A stretch of 64,000 bases of DNA, from positions 124,001 through 188,000 of the IMG/VR virus record IMGVR_UViG_3300046517_002304. The stretch is one strand, 5' to 3'. Shown here piece after piece: positions 46,300 to 54,720 of the stretch. Position 1 is the first letter of the stretch, and each line of letters starts with the position of its first letter. Position numbers and translations under genes: made by a program. The notes below the pieces were generated by a model. That model was not told the origin of the DNA. It made no database searches and was given only the letters and a program-made list of their open reading frames with translations.

Positions 46300-48027
46300 A
46301 TGGGTGGGATAGACTACGCCGCTGAATATAAAAAGTGCGCAAAAGACTTTGTTTACTTTTGTGAAACCTATGTTAAAATTCGGCATAGCACTAAAGGCAA
46401 GGTGCCTTTTAAGCTATATGATTACCAAAAGCGCACTCTTGAAGATTTTGAAAATCATAGGTACAACATAGTATTAAAATTTAGACAGGGCGGTTTAACT
46501 ACGCTTGCCGTTATATGGGCCGCTTGGAAGGCAATGTTTAACACAAAGCAGAATCAAATCTCTTTCGTGTCTAGAACTGATCGCGAAGCAAAAATTTCTG
46601 CTCGTATCGTTACATTTTTTCTTCATGAGTTGCCGGATTGGTTAAAACCAGAAATGGAAGCGCGTCCAGCAGCACATGAAAAGAAATTCATGGAAACTGG
46701 TGGATCTATAATATTTTCTACTGTTAAGGCGGTTCGCGGTCGTTCATTGGCATTATTAATTATAGACGAAGCGGCATTCATTTCAGATATGGAAGAAAAC
46801 TGGGCTGACTTACAGCCTGCTCTTTCTGGTGGCGGTAGATGCATTGTAATTTCTACGCCTAAGGGAAAAGGTAATTGGTATGCTGTTGAATATCATAAGG
46901 CTCTTAACAATGAAAATCAGTTTCATGTAATTGATATTGACGTATCAGAACATCCAGATTACAATAACCCAAAGTGGATAGCAGAACAAAAATCTGCTCT
47001 AGGAGAAAAAAGATTCGGTCAAGAAGTTTTACGCCAATTCTTGGCTCCAGGCGAAACATTTCTTTCCAATAGTTTAATTAATGACTTAGATCTTGCCACT
47101 AGGGGAACGCCACCGATGGCTAGAAGATTTCCGCTGTGGGACACGACCACTAGAGATGGGGAAAAAGGCGCTTTATGGATATGGAAAGCGCCTGTTGAAG
47201 GCAAAGATTATATTATTGCTGCGGATAGCGGTGAAGGCGTAGGCGAAGAGGGAGACTTTAGTGCCTTCCAAGTTTTTGACGTTGCGGAATGTGAACAAGT
47301 TGCTGAATTTTATAGCAACTCTATTCCACCATATACGTATGCCCAAATCCTTAGTCAGATTGCTACATCTTATAATTACGCAAATTTAGTGGTTGAAGGC
47401 AACGGTCCTGGTATTGCTACGCTGGCTGAATTAACAAGCAAATTATTTTATACACATCTATATGGAAAAAGAGTTAGAGACGGTTTTAAGCCAGGATATT
47501 TAACAGGTGGCACAAATAGAGTCGCAATGTTTGATACGCTCCAAGCAGCGCTTATGAATAAAACAGTTGTGTTAAAAAGCACAAGATTGATCAAAGAGTT
47601 CAATACATTTATTTTTAATGCATCTAAGAAACGTCCTGAAGCCGCAAAGGGAACTCATGATGATTTAATCATGGCCTTAGCGATTGCGCTGCAAGTGCGC
47701 AGTGAGTTATATGCTAACATAGCTAGGTATACTCCATCAGCCGAACATATTAAGGATATTGCTCCGAATGCCTTATCTATAAGCGCAATCAAAGCAGAGT
47801 TAGAAACTTTATTTAGCTCAAGCTACCCATCTTACAAAGATGGACCTCCGCCAATTATAGATCCAAATGAAGAAATATTTGGTAAAGATATAAATGAAGC
47901 AATGTTTAAACAACATCAGGCCGCGCGCTTTGGAAATGATGTCTTAAAAGAATTTGGATGGGCCGTTTTGCCGTTTATTTTTACTGCTTGTGAAGTATTA
48001 ACAAATTCGGTTAGTGGACTAGCCTAG
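46300..48027 (+). CDS. terL: terminase large subunit, T4 gp17 family
   Basis: YF...YVKI..F.LYDYQ, KFRQGGLTT, LLIIDEAAF, ISTP.G, IIAADSGEG..DFS, HDDLIMA; start revised to ATG 46300. Confidence 0.93.
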   Translation: MGGIDYAAEYKKCAKDFVYFCETYVKIRHSTKGKVPFKLYDYQKRTLEDFENHRYNIVLKFRQGGLTTLAVIWAAWKAMFNTKQNQISFVSRTDREAKISARIVTFFLHELPDWLKPEMEARPAAHEKKFMETGGSIIFSTVKAVRGRSLALLIIDEAAFISDMEENWADLQPALSGGGRCIVISTPKGKGNWYAVEYHKALNNENQFHVIDIDVSEHPDYNNPKWIAEQKSALGEKRFGQEVLRQFLAPGETFLSNSLINDLDLATRGTPPMARRFPLWDTTTRDGEKGALWIWKAPVEGKDYIIAADSGEGVGEEGDFSAFQVFDVAECEQVAEFYSNSIPPYTYAQILSQIATSYNYANLVVEGNGPGIATLAELTSKLFYTHLYGKRVRDGFKPGYLTGGTNRVAMFDTLQAALMNKTVVLKSTRLIKEFNTFIFNASKKRPEAAKGTHDDLIMALAIALQVRSELYANIARYTPSAEHIKDIAPNALSISAIKAELETLFSSSYPSYKDGPPPIIDPNEEIFGKDINEAMFKQHQAARFGNDVLKEFGWAVLPFIFTACEVLTNSVSGLA

Positions 48028-48038
48028 AGATTAATCTA

Positions 48039-48299
48039 ATGAATTACGAAAAAACTATCGATGTTATTAACCAAGCGGCCCGCATGCTATCTGGAGATAT
48101 TGCCTCAATAGAAGCTAAGTCATATCTTGCAATGGCCGCCGGTTCATTACTTAAACTAATTAAGAAAAACAACAATATTACTGCTGCACATCAAAAAATG
48201 CAAGAAGCTGGTAAAAAGAAGAATGAAGAATGGCAGGCGCAGTTAAAGGCCATCACAGAATTACATAAAATTCCCGGAGTTCCGCCTGATAGCGTTTAG
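48039..48299 (+). CDS. hypothetical protein
   Basis: 86 aa helical ORF. Confidence 0.55.
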   Translation: MNYEKTIDVINQAARMLSGDIASIEAKSYLAMAAGSLLKLIKKNNNITAAHQKMQEAGKKKNEEWQAQLKAITELHKIPGVPPDSV

Positions 48300-48878
48300 G
48301 TATCTTTCATATTTGTTAGATTGAATTACTGGCACATAAACATTTGGCTGTTTTATATTTCTTAATATCTTGCCTTCTGATAACTCACCGCCATCTGTTG
48401 GCCAAGCTTCATAATAATCACTAATTGGGTCTTTTATATTAAGGAATGACTCTATTAATGGAAAACATTGTCTGTTGACAATTTCATCATAAGTAATGCA
48501 TATTGAGTTTTTTGCTTTTTTAGAATACTCATATAATCTTCGTAAACGAAACCTGTAATAATTATATGCATTCTTAGTTGCGATTGCTTTTAAAGTTGGT
48601 TCTGGTTGTCGTGTGAGAAATATAATTTTACAAAAATCAAATAAATTGTTGTAGTATAAATCAGTATTGTGATTAAGTGTATCGCAATAAATCGGGAGAT
48701 CATCATTGATACAGGGATGATTTTTTATTACATAATTTAACGTTTCTAGGGATTCAGGCCCAGCATAGGCTATGTGGCTATCAGTCAAACAAGCAACTTT
48801 TTTAGTTGAGTTTAATATACGAGCGAGCAAATGAGATCCAGCTCCTTCATGAGATAAGATAAAACAGTAGGTTTTCAA
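48261..48878 (-). CDS. sulfotransferase-like protein
   Basis: FILSHEGAGSHLLARILN (5'-PSB-like loop), IIFLTRQP, ITYDEI..FLN. Confidence 0.55.
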   Translation of the reverse strand: MKTYCFILSHEGAGSHLLARILNSTKKVACLTDSHIAYAGPESLETLNYVIKNHPCINDDLPIYCDTLNHNTDLYYNNLFDFCKIIFLTRQPEPTLKAIATKNAYNYYRFRLRRLYEYSKKAKNSICITYDEIVNRQCFPLIESFLNIKDPISDYYEAWPTDGGELSEGKILRNIKQPNVYVPVIQSNKYERYLNAIRRNSGNFM

Positions 48879-48934
48879 GGATATTTTTCAACAAATATAT
48901 AACTTATAACTAAGTTAGTTCGGAGAATAATTTT

Positions 48935-51430
48935 ATGGCAGATTGGCTACAACCATTTAAAGCATTCAGCGGTTCTTTTACAGAACCACCTGTTGCGCAG
49001 ATCACAAGTTTAGACAGAATACAACCCGCTGGTATTACTCAGCCCGATGCATTGTCTTTAAAAGATAATTCTGCCCTACAGGGCAATCGCTTTATTGCCC
49101 TTAGAGACACAACCGACCTAGTGGATCTATCTGTAAGTAATCAGGCACGCAACGGCAGGTATATGGAACTTGAGCGTCTTAGAAATATGGTAGAAATTGA
49201 AACTGCCTTAGCCATATATGCTGATGAATGTTGTGTATCTGGGGACACAAAGGTTTATACTCCATTTGGAAAGATTAAAATTAAACAACTGGCACAGGAA
49301 AAACAGCCAGATGAACTGTTCCTTGTATATTGCTATGATTTTAAGAAGAAGGATTATACTCTTGGATGGGCATTTCATCCAAGACTTGTTAAGAGAGCCG
49401 AAACAGTCCAAGTAATTTTTAGTAATGGCAGAAAAGTCGTTCTAACACCAGATCATCGTATATTAAAAACAGATGGAACGTGGTGCATGGCAGGAGATTT
49501 GCAGTTCGGCGATGAGACGATGCAATTCAACAGAGTCCAACCATTTGTTAGTATGAAGAAGTTGACTCAAAATAGATTTCCAAGAATTAAGAGCGCTAGA
49601 TTTGGATGGCAGACAGAAAAATTACTAGTGGCAGAGTGGGAAGCAGGAGGTGTGCCTCAGGAATTTATCAGAGAGCATCAGATTACGCAAGGGCTTACTA
49701 AAGGAATGTCGTTGCAGGAAGTTGCAGATTCTATAGGAATTCATGTAAGAGGACTTAGAGAACAAGTTCGCAATAAGAATATTTCGCTACAAGAAATTCG
49801 TAGACTTAACGATACTTATCCAGACAAACTAAGGGTAGCTAAAGTTATACCACATGATGTGATGGATGTATATGATCTATCTGTGCAAGAGCATGAAAAT
49901 TTTTGCACCAATGGTGGTATTATGCATAACTGTCAGTTAGGCGAGAACGGTCGCTGCTTAGAAATACACACGGCGAATAAGGATGTTAAAAGACTTTGCG
50001 AAAGATTATGTCATGAAGATTTAGAAATGGACGATGCTTTGTGGGGATCGCATCGCAATCTATGCTTATATGGCGATGAATTCTGGGAACTAGTTATTGA
50101 CCCAACATCACCAAAAGACGGTATTCTCAAAGTACAGTCCTTACCAGCAGCAACAATGTATAGAATTGAAACCATTAGAGGAAAGCTTCTAGAGTTTCAG
50201 CAGAGTGGAACTGGCGCAGATATTCAGGCATTAGCCAATCCAGACTTGGCACAAAGCACAAGCGGAGCGATTAGATTCACTCCGCAACAGATTGTACATT
50301 TTCGTTTAGGCGGCGATAGAAGAATGTTTTATCCATATGGAGAATCTATTCTAGAATCAGCTAAATCAGCAGCGCACCAACTGCGATTAATGGAAGATGC
50401 AATGACCGTTTATAGGCTTACCCGCAGCCCATCCAGACGTATTTTCTATATTGATGTTGGTCAAATGCCACCGGCAAAACAAGAATCTGCCATTGAAAGA
50501 GTCATGGCGCAATTTCGTAAAAAGAAAGTATTTAATAATAGAACAGCATCTGGTCTTAATTCATCTGGCGTAGAAGAACGCTGGAATCCGGTTTCATTTG
50601 ATGAAGATTTTTGGATTCCACTAAAGACCGGAGACAATACCAGAATTGATACATTAAACGAAGGCGTTTCCTGGAATCAGATTGATGATATTCTATATTT
50701 TAGAAATAAACTTTTGATTGCGCTAGGATTGCCCAAGAGTTATTTGGCACAAGAAGATCCTGCGTTAACACGATTAAATTTATCATCACAGGACATTAGA
50801 TTTGCTAAGCGAATTGAGCGACATCAAATGGTCGTCGCGCAGGGTATCCGACAGTTATGCAAGAGACACTTGGAGTTACTAGGTTTTCCTGCTCATGAAT
50901 TTTCTGACTTAAGAATTAAGATTACCCCATCTTCTGACTGGCGCGAAATTAGCAGAAATGAAGTTACTGAAGCAAGATTCAATAGAGCGTCTGCCATAAA
51001 AGGCGCAGGATTAATGAGCGACTACGATATTTTGGTTGAAGTTCTAAAAATAGAACCAGAAAAATCAAAAGAACTAGTGTCCAGACTCAAGATGCAAAAA
51101 CTGGATGAAATGAAGCTTGCTGCAATGGCTGCTAATCCTAGATTTTTGGGACTTGCGGAAGAATCTCCGACTAATGAAATCGGCACAGAAGCAGGAGGTC
51201 CGATGACAGACTTATCTCCAGAGAGCGGTGCCGAAGCACAGGGACAGGGGCAAGAAATGGGACAAGAATCCCAAGGCGAACAAAATCCACAACAAGGCCA
51301 AATGTCACTATTGCCCGAGCCTTCAGATGACGATATAGTTAAGTATAACATGCATATATCGAATTATGCTCGTGAAATGGACTCTGAGGATATTGACGCC
51401 GGGGAATTAAATGAAGATAATCAATCTTGA
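48935..51430 (+). CDS. gp20: portal protein, T4 gp20 family, intein-containing
   Basis: ALAIYADE, YGD.F, PYGESILE.A....QLRLMEDAM..YR..R.P.RRIFYIDVG, EDFWIP, D.RF...IER.Q. Confidence 0.93.
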   Translation: MADWLQPFKAFSGSFTEPPVAQITSLDRIQPAGITQPDALSLKDNSALQGNRFIALRDTTDLVDLSVSNQARNGRYMELERLRNMVEIETALAIYADECCVSGDTKVYTPFGKIKIKQLAQEKQPDELFLVYCYDFKKKDYTLGWAFHPRLVKRAETVQVIFSNGRKVVLTPDHRILKTDGTWCMAGDLQFGDETMQFNRVQPFVSMKKLTQNRFPRIKSARFGWQTEKLLVAEWEAGGVPQEFIREHQITQGLTKGMSLQEVADSIGIHVRGLREQVRNKNISLQEIRRLNDTYPDKLRVAKVIPHDVMDVYDLSVQEHENFCTNGGIMHNCQLGENGRCLEIHTANKDVKRLCERLCHEDLEMDDALWGSHRNLCLYGDEFWELVIDPTSPKDGILKVQSLPAATMYRIETIRGKLLEFQQSGTGADIQALANPDLAQSTSGAIRFTPQQIVHFRLGGDRRMFYPYGESILESAKSAAHQLRLMEDAMTVYRLTRSPSRRIFYIDVGQMPPAKQESAIERVMAQFRKKKVFNNRTASGLNSSGVEERWNPVSFDEDFWIPLKTGDNTRIDTLNEGVSWNQIDDILYFRNKLLIALGLPKSYLAQEDPALTRLNLSSQDIRFAKRIERHQMVVAQGIRQLCKRHLELLGFPAHEFSDLRIKITPSSDWREISRNEVTEARFNRASAIKGAGLMSDYDILVEVLKIEPEKSKELVSRLKMQKLDEMKLAAMAANPRFLGLAEESPTNEIGTEAGGPMTDLSPESGAEAQGQGQEMGQESQGEQNPQQGQMSLLPEPSDDDIVKYNMHISNYAREMDSEDIDAGELNEDNQS
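49232..49930 (+). mobile_element. intein (233 aa) in portal
   Basis: CVSGDT block A, LTPDHRI block B, VYDLSVQEHENF...MHN followed by Cys +1. Confidence 0.92.
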
Positions 51431-51809
51431 CTTAATAAAATCACTAGCGAATAGCGGTACGTCGTGGATTAGGAGCCGAACAAAGATAGATGTCAAGGTG
51501 CCTAGGCGAAATGCCATAGGTGGATATGCGTCAGATATATTGTATGATTATTTAGATATACCGACTATATCAACGCCATATCCATATCCAGTTGGCTATA
51601 CAAGCAATAAGCCTGTCAAAAAAGTAAATTCAAATGCGAATATTTATACGGTTAATGTAAACTCTTACACAATCGGCACGGGATGGGGATCCACTTCATC
51701 TACTTCGGCTACCCTAACGCCAACTTGTACGACAAACGCATATTATGCGCCAGTATCAATTACGGGTTATTGCCAGCATGCCGGTTATACTTCTACTTTA
51801 GGAAATTAA
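51411..51809 (+). CDS. LIxSL-module family protein, Ser/Thr/Tyr-rich tail
   Basis: MKIINLDLIKSLANSGTSWIRSR. Confidence 0.6.
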   Translation: MKIINLDLIKSLANSGTSWIRSRTKIDVKVPRRNAIGGYASDILYDYLDIPTISTPYPYPVGYTSNKPVKKVNSNANIYTVNVNSYTIGTGWGSTSSTSATLTPTCTTNAYYAPVSITGYCQHAGYTSTLGN

Positions 51810-51810
51810 A

Positions 51811-52251
51811 ATGAATCAATCTCAAATGATAAATTTACTAATCGGTGATTTAAAAAACGAATACCATCACATGAATTTTTACTTGTGGGCGTCGGTCGCG
51901 GTTTCTGGACTACATAGGGAAGAATTTTCTGAATTTTTCTCCGAAGCGGCTAAAAGCGAAATGAGTCATGTTAGGGAATTTTATAATGCATTGCTTACAT
52001 TAGGGTATATGGCCGTTCCGCCAGATCAACAGGCGGCAGATTATATAGAAGCCACTACATTAACTGATGTTACGTCATTATTAAAATATGCCATAGGCAT
52101 GGAAGAACAGGTTGTGGCAAATTATACCCAGAGAATAAAGGATGCCGAACAACTAGGCGGATCGGACGGGAAATATCTGGAAATATTCTTAGAGAATCAA
52201 CTTTTAGATTCTAAGAATGATTCTACTCATATGCAGCAGATGATGAAGTAA
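51811..52251 (+). CDS. ferritin-like (bacterioferritin-type) protein
   Basis: E..H..Y, E...EMSH, MEEQVVANY four-helix pattern. Confidence 0.75.
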   Translation: MNQSQMINLLIGDLKNEYHHMNFYLWASVAVSGLHREEFSEFFSEAAKSEMSHVREFYNALLTLGYMAVPPDQQAADYIEATTLTDVTSLLKYAIGMEEQVVANYTQRIKDAEQLGGSDGKYLEIFLENQLLDSKNDSTHMQQMMK

Positions 52252-52311
52252 TTTGTATGAAATCCTTACTATAGTAATAAATAAACTATACCGCTTAAGG
52301 AATCTATAGAA

Positions 52312-53136
52312 ATGCCGTTTTTTCAAAATGTGTTTAATGCTGATTATACCGGAGTCATGGTACTCGGGGATAGGAACTTACTTTTAAATTTTAATGTTCC
52401 TGGTAATAGAAATAATCGTCACGATTTCGTAAGCTGGAACACCCAGACATACAATGTATCGTCTAACAAGACTCTTACCATCAATTATTCATTTGACACC
52501 AAAAACTATGTAACCTTGGCCATAGATGTGTCTACAACTGCGGCAAGCGCAGCGGCAGCACAGGCCAAAGAAATTGTTAGCGCCCTAACAGCCAATGCCA
52601 CTTTTGCGACATATTTTACTGCGGCAGTAACAAATGCTAACGCCGTTCGAATTCAAGTTGCAAATCAGCATATGGAAACCATAATAAGAACTTATATTTC
52701 CAATACTGGGGCCGAAATTGCGCTTAAGTTCAACACCTACGCTGGCGTAGCCGAAATTCCTACTTATTTTGCCAGACATACGGTAGCCAACGCTAATGCT
52801 TACCCCGATTCTGCCGCAACACTAATACAGTTGGACGGTAGCGTTCCTGCTGACCTTGCTATCATAAGAAATGCGATTAATAACCAAAGTTGGACGACCG
52901 CCAACTTACTAAGCGATTATCAGATGTTTAAGGGTCGTTCTGGAATATTTAATTTCCAGAAAATTACTATTGATGGATCTAATAGAATTACTCAGATCAT
53001 TGAATATCCTGCTGGCGCAGTTGCCGGGGATTTTGCTAAACGAACCACATATATATATTCAGGCAGCAACACTAATCCGAGTCAGATTACTGAAGAGCCT
53101 TATACGTTAATAACAAGCGATTTAATTATTCCTTAA
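52312..53136 (+). CDS. putative virion structural protein
   Basis: 274 aa, Ala/Thr/Asn-rich; TAAATA and AAGGA upstream. Confidence 0.55.
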   Translation: MPFFQNVFNADYTGVMVLGDRNLLLNFNVPGNRNNRHDFVSWNTQTYNVSSNKTLTINYSFDTKNYVTLAIDVSTTAASAAAAQAKEIVSALTANATFATYFTAAVTNANAVRIQVANQHMETIIRTYISNTGAEIALKFNTYAGVAEIPTYFARHTVANANAYPDSAATLIQLDGSVPADLAIIRNAINNQSWTTANLLSDYQMFKGRSGIFNFQKITIDGSNRITQIIEYPAGAVAGDFAKRTTYIYSGSNTNPSQITEEPYTLITSDLIIP

Positions 53137-53147
53137 GGAACAATACA

Positions 53148-53525
53148 ATGACAGACAAAGAAGTAGAAACAAGAGTTAGAGAAGTTAAAGACGAACAAGG
53201 AAATGTCATTGAACGGATTACTGAAACTTGGGTAGAAAAAGTTCCAATGGAACTTAAGAACCGAGTTGTGGAGAAAATCTCTGCTGTTCCAGTTGTTCTA
53301 GAAACCAAACTTGAAGTCTATGAAGACGGCAAGATGGTTGACTCTAAGCAAGAGTCACTTACTGGCATGGTCAAGGTATGCGAAGGCAAGAAAGAAAAAT
53401 TTAAGGGACTTGCAGATATGCAGGATCGTGTATCCGATTCTATGTCAAAAAAAGGAATGAATATCGGATTGATTGCCATTATACTTGGACTAGTGGGCTA
53501 CATTGTATACACAGTAGTTGTCTAA
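53148..53525 (+). CDS. protein with C-terminal TM anchor
   Basis: IGLIAIILGLVGYIVYTVVV. Confidence 0.6.
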   Translation: MTDKEVETRVREVKDEQGNVIERITETWVEKVPMELKNRVVEKISAVPVVLETKLEVYEDGKMVDSKQESLTGMVKVCEGKKEKFKGLADMQDRVSDSMSKKGMNIGLIAIILGLVGYIVYTVVV

Positions 53526-53553
53526 CTAGCGAATGGCATGAGCTGCATAATTT

Positions 53554-54720
53554 TTAAAGATTGAGTAATTGTCTCAATTCTTTATTTGCAGCTCTCATTT
53601 TTCCTTTTAGGTATTCTACAGATCCCAATACTTCATCGCCGTATTTTTTACTAATGTCTTTCATTATTACGGTATGGCCGGTGACTTTTTTAACGTAGAA
53701 CTTAGTGCCTTTATGAGCGACAACTCCATATCCCCCATTGGTGCACATAAGGTTGAGCTTAGTCATAGAAACATATATTGTTCCCGCTTGTATGGCATTA
53801 CTATGCCTTTCGTCAAAATTGCTGCCAACGAACGCATCTTTTAATTCATCTAATTTAGCGTACCACTCTGCTCCTGTTGGTTGAGTTTTAACAAGAACGC
53901 ATAGAACATTTGATACTTTAACCGCTTTAATATTGGGTATTGCTATTTCCGCTCCCTTTAACATGGTGATGTAATCACCGTTAAAATGGATTTGCGCTTT
54001 TTCGCGCTTATCGTGATGAGTAATAACAAAATCATATGCCTTTATATCTTTGGCAAGCATAAAGACATATTGGTCTACCTTAGTAGTAGCATTTTCTGGA
54101 TAAGACTCACTGCTTGATCGATTAATCTTTTTGACCTGGCATCCATCAGATATATTTGGTAAAGTGATTTTTTCTATAGATACAGAAACAGTTTTTTCTT
54201 CTTCGCATTCTTCTGGTTTTTCATCGTCGCTGGCAACGACTTTGAGAGGAACAAATTCCTGAAATACTGCATTGGAGTGAAAATAACATTCCCATAAGAG
54301 GAACCTTCTTATGACAAATGCATTTTTATAATCTTCAATAATAATCTTATCTTTAAATTTCCCTATTCCTTTACAAATAACACGATATAAACCAGGCTCA
54401 GCAATGGACTTTACTACTCCTGCTCCAGCCCACACAACATCTAATGGTTTTTTAACTTTATACACTTTGCCTGTATTAACGCATTCGCTGTGTTCATTTG
54501 TTTTTTTTGTAAAACTGAAAAAATTATCTACGGGCATAGGGGGGAGAATTTCAGTATCGTAGTTAAGAGAGCAAACAACCTTAATGCCAGACTGCTCGTT
54601 TCTTATTTTTCTAACATATAGAACATCATTGCGCTCAACAGTATGTCCCATACAATGGGATTTGAGCGTGGCTATGTAGTAAGCGCCAACCTTCGGAAGT
54701 TTAGTCTCGTGTCTTGACAT
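53554..54720 (-). CDS. multi-repeat beta-domain protein, paralog of 54701-57517
   Basis: Start revised to ATG 54720; VGAYY..DVLYV..EC..GK.YK; ISDGC. Confidence 0.6.
   Translation of the reverse strand: MSRHETKLPKVGAYYIATLKSHCMGHTVERNDVLYVRKIRNEQSGIKVVCSLNYDTEILPPMPVDNFFSFTKKTNEHSECVNTGKVYKVKKPLDVVWAGAGVVKSIAEPGLYRVICKGIGKFKDKIIIEDYKNAFVIRRFLLWECYFHSNAVFQEFVPLKVVASDDEKPEECEEEKTVSVSIEKITLPNISDGCQVKKINRSSSESYPENATTKVDQYVFMLAKDIKAYDFVITHHDKREKAQIHFNGDYITMLKGAEIAIPNIKAVKVSNVLCVLVKTQPTGAEWYAKLDELKDAFVGSNFDERHSNAIQAGTIYVSMTKLNLMCTNGGYGVVAHKGTKFYVKKVTGHTVIMKDISKKYGDEVLGSVEYLKGKMRAANKELRQLLNL

Noticed and set aside
47960-48027. Hydrophobic C-terminal tail on the terminase
   Set aside because: Cannot tell a real extension from a lost stop codon without homologues
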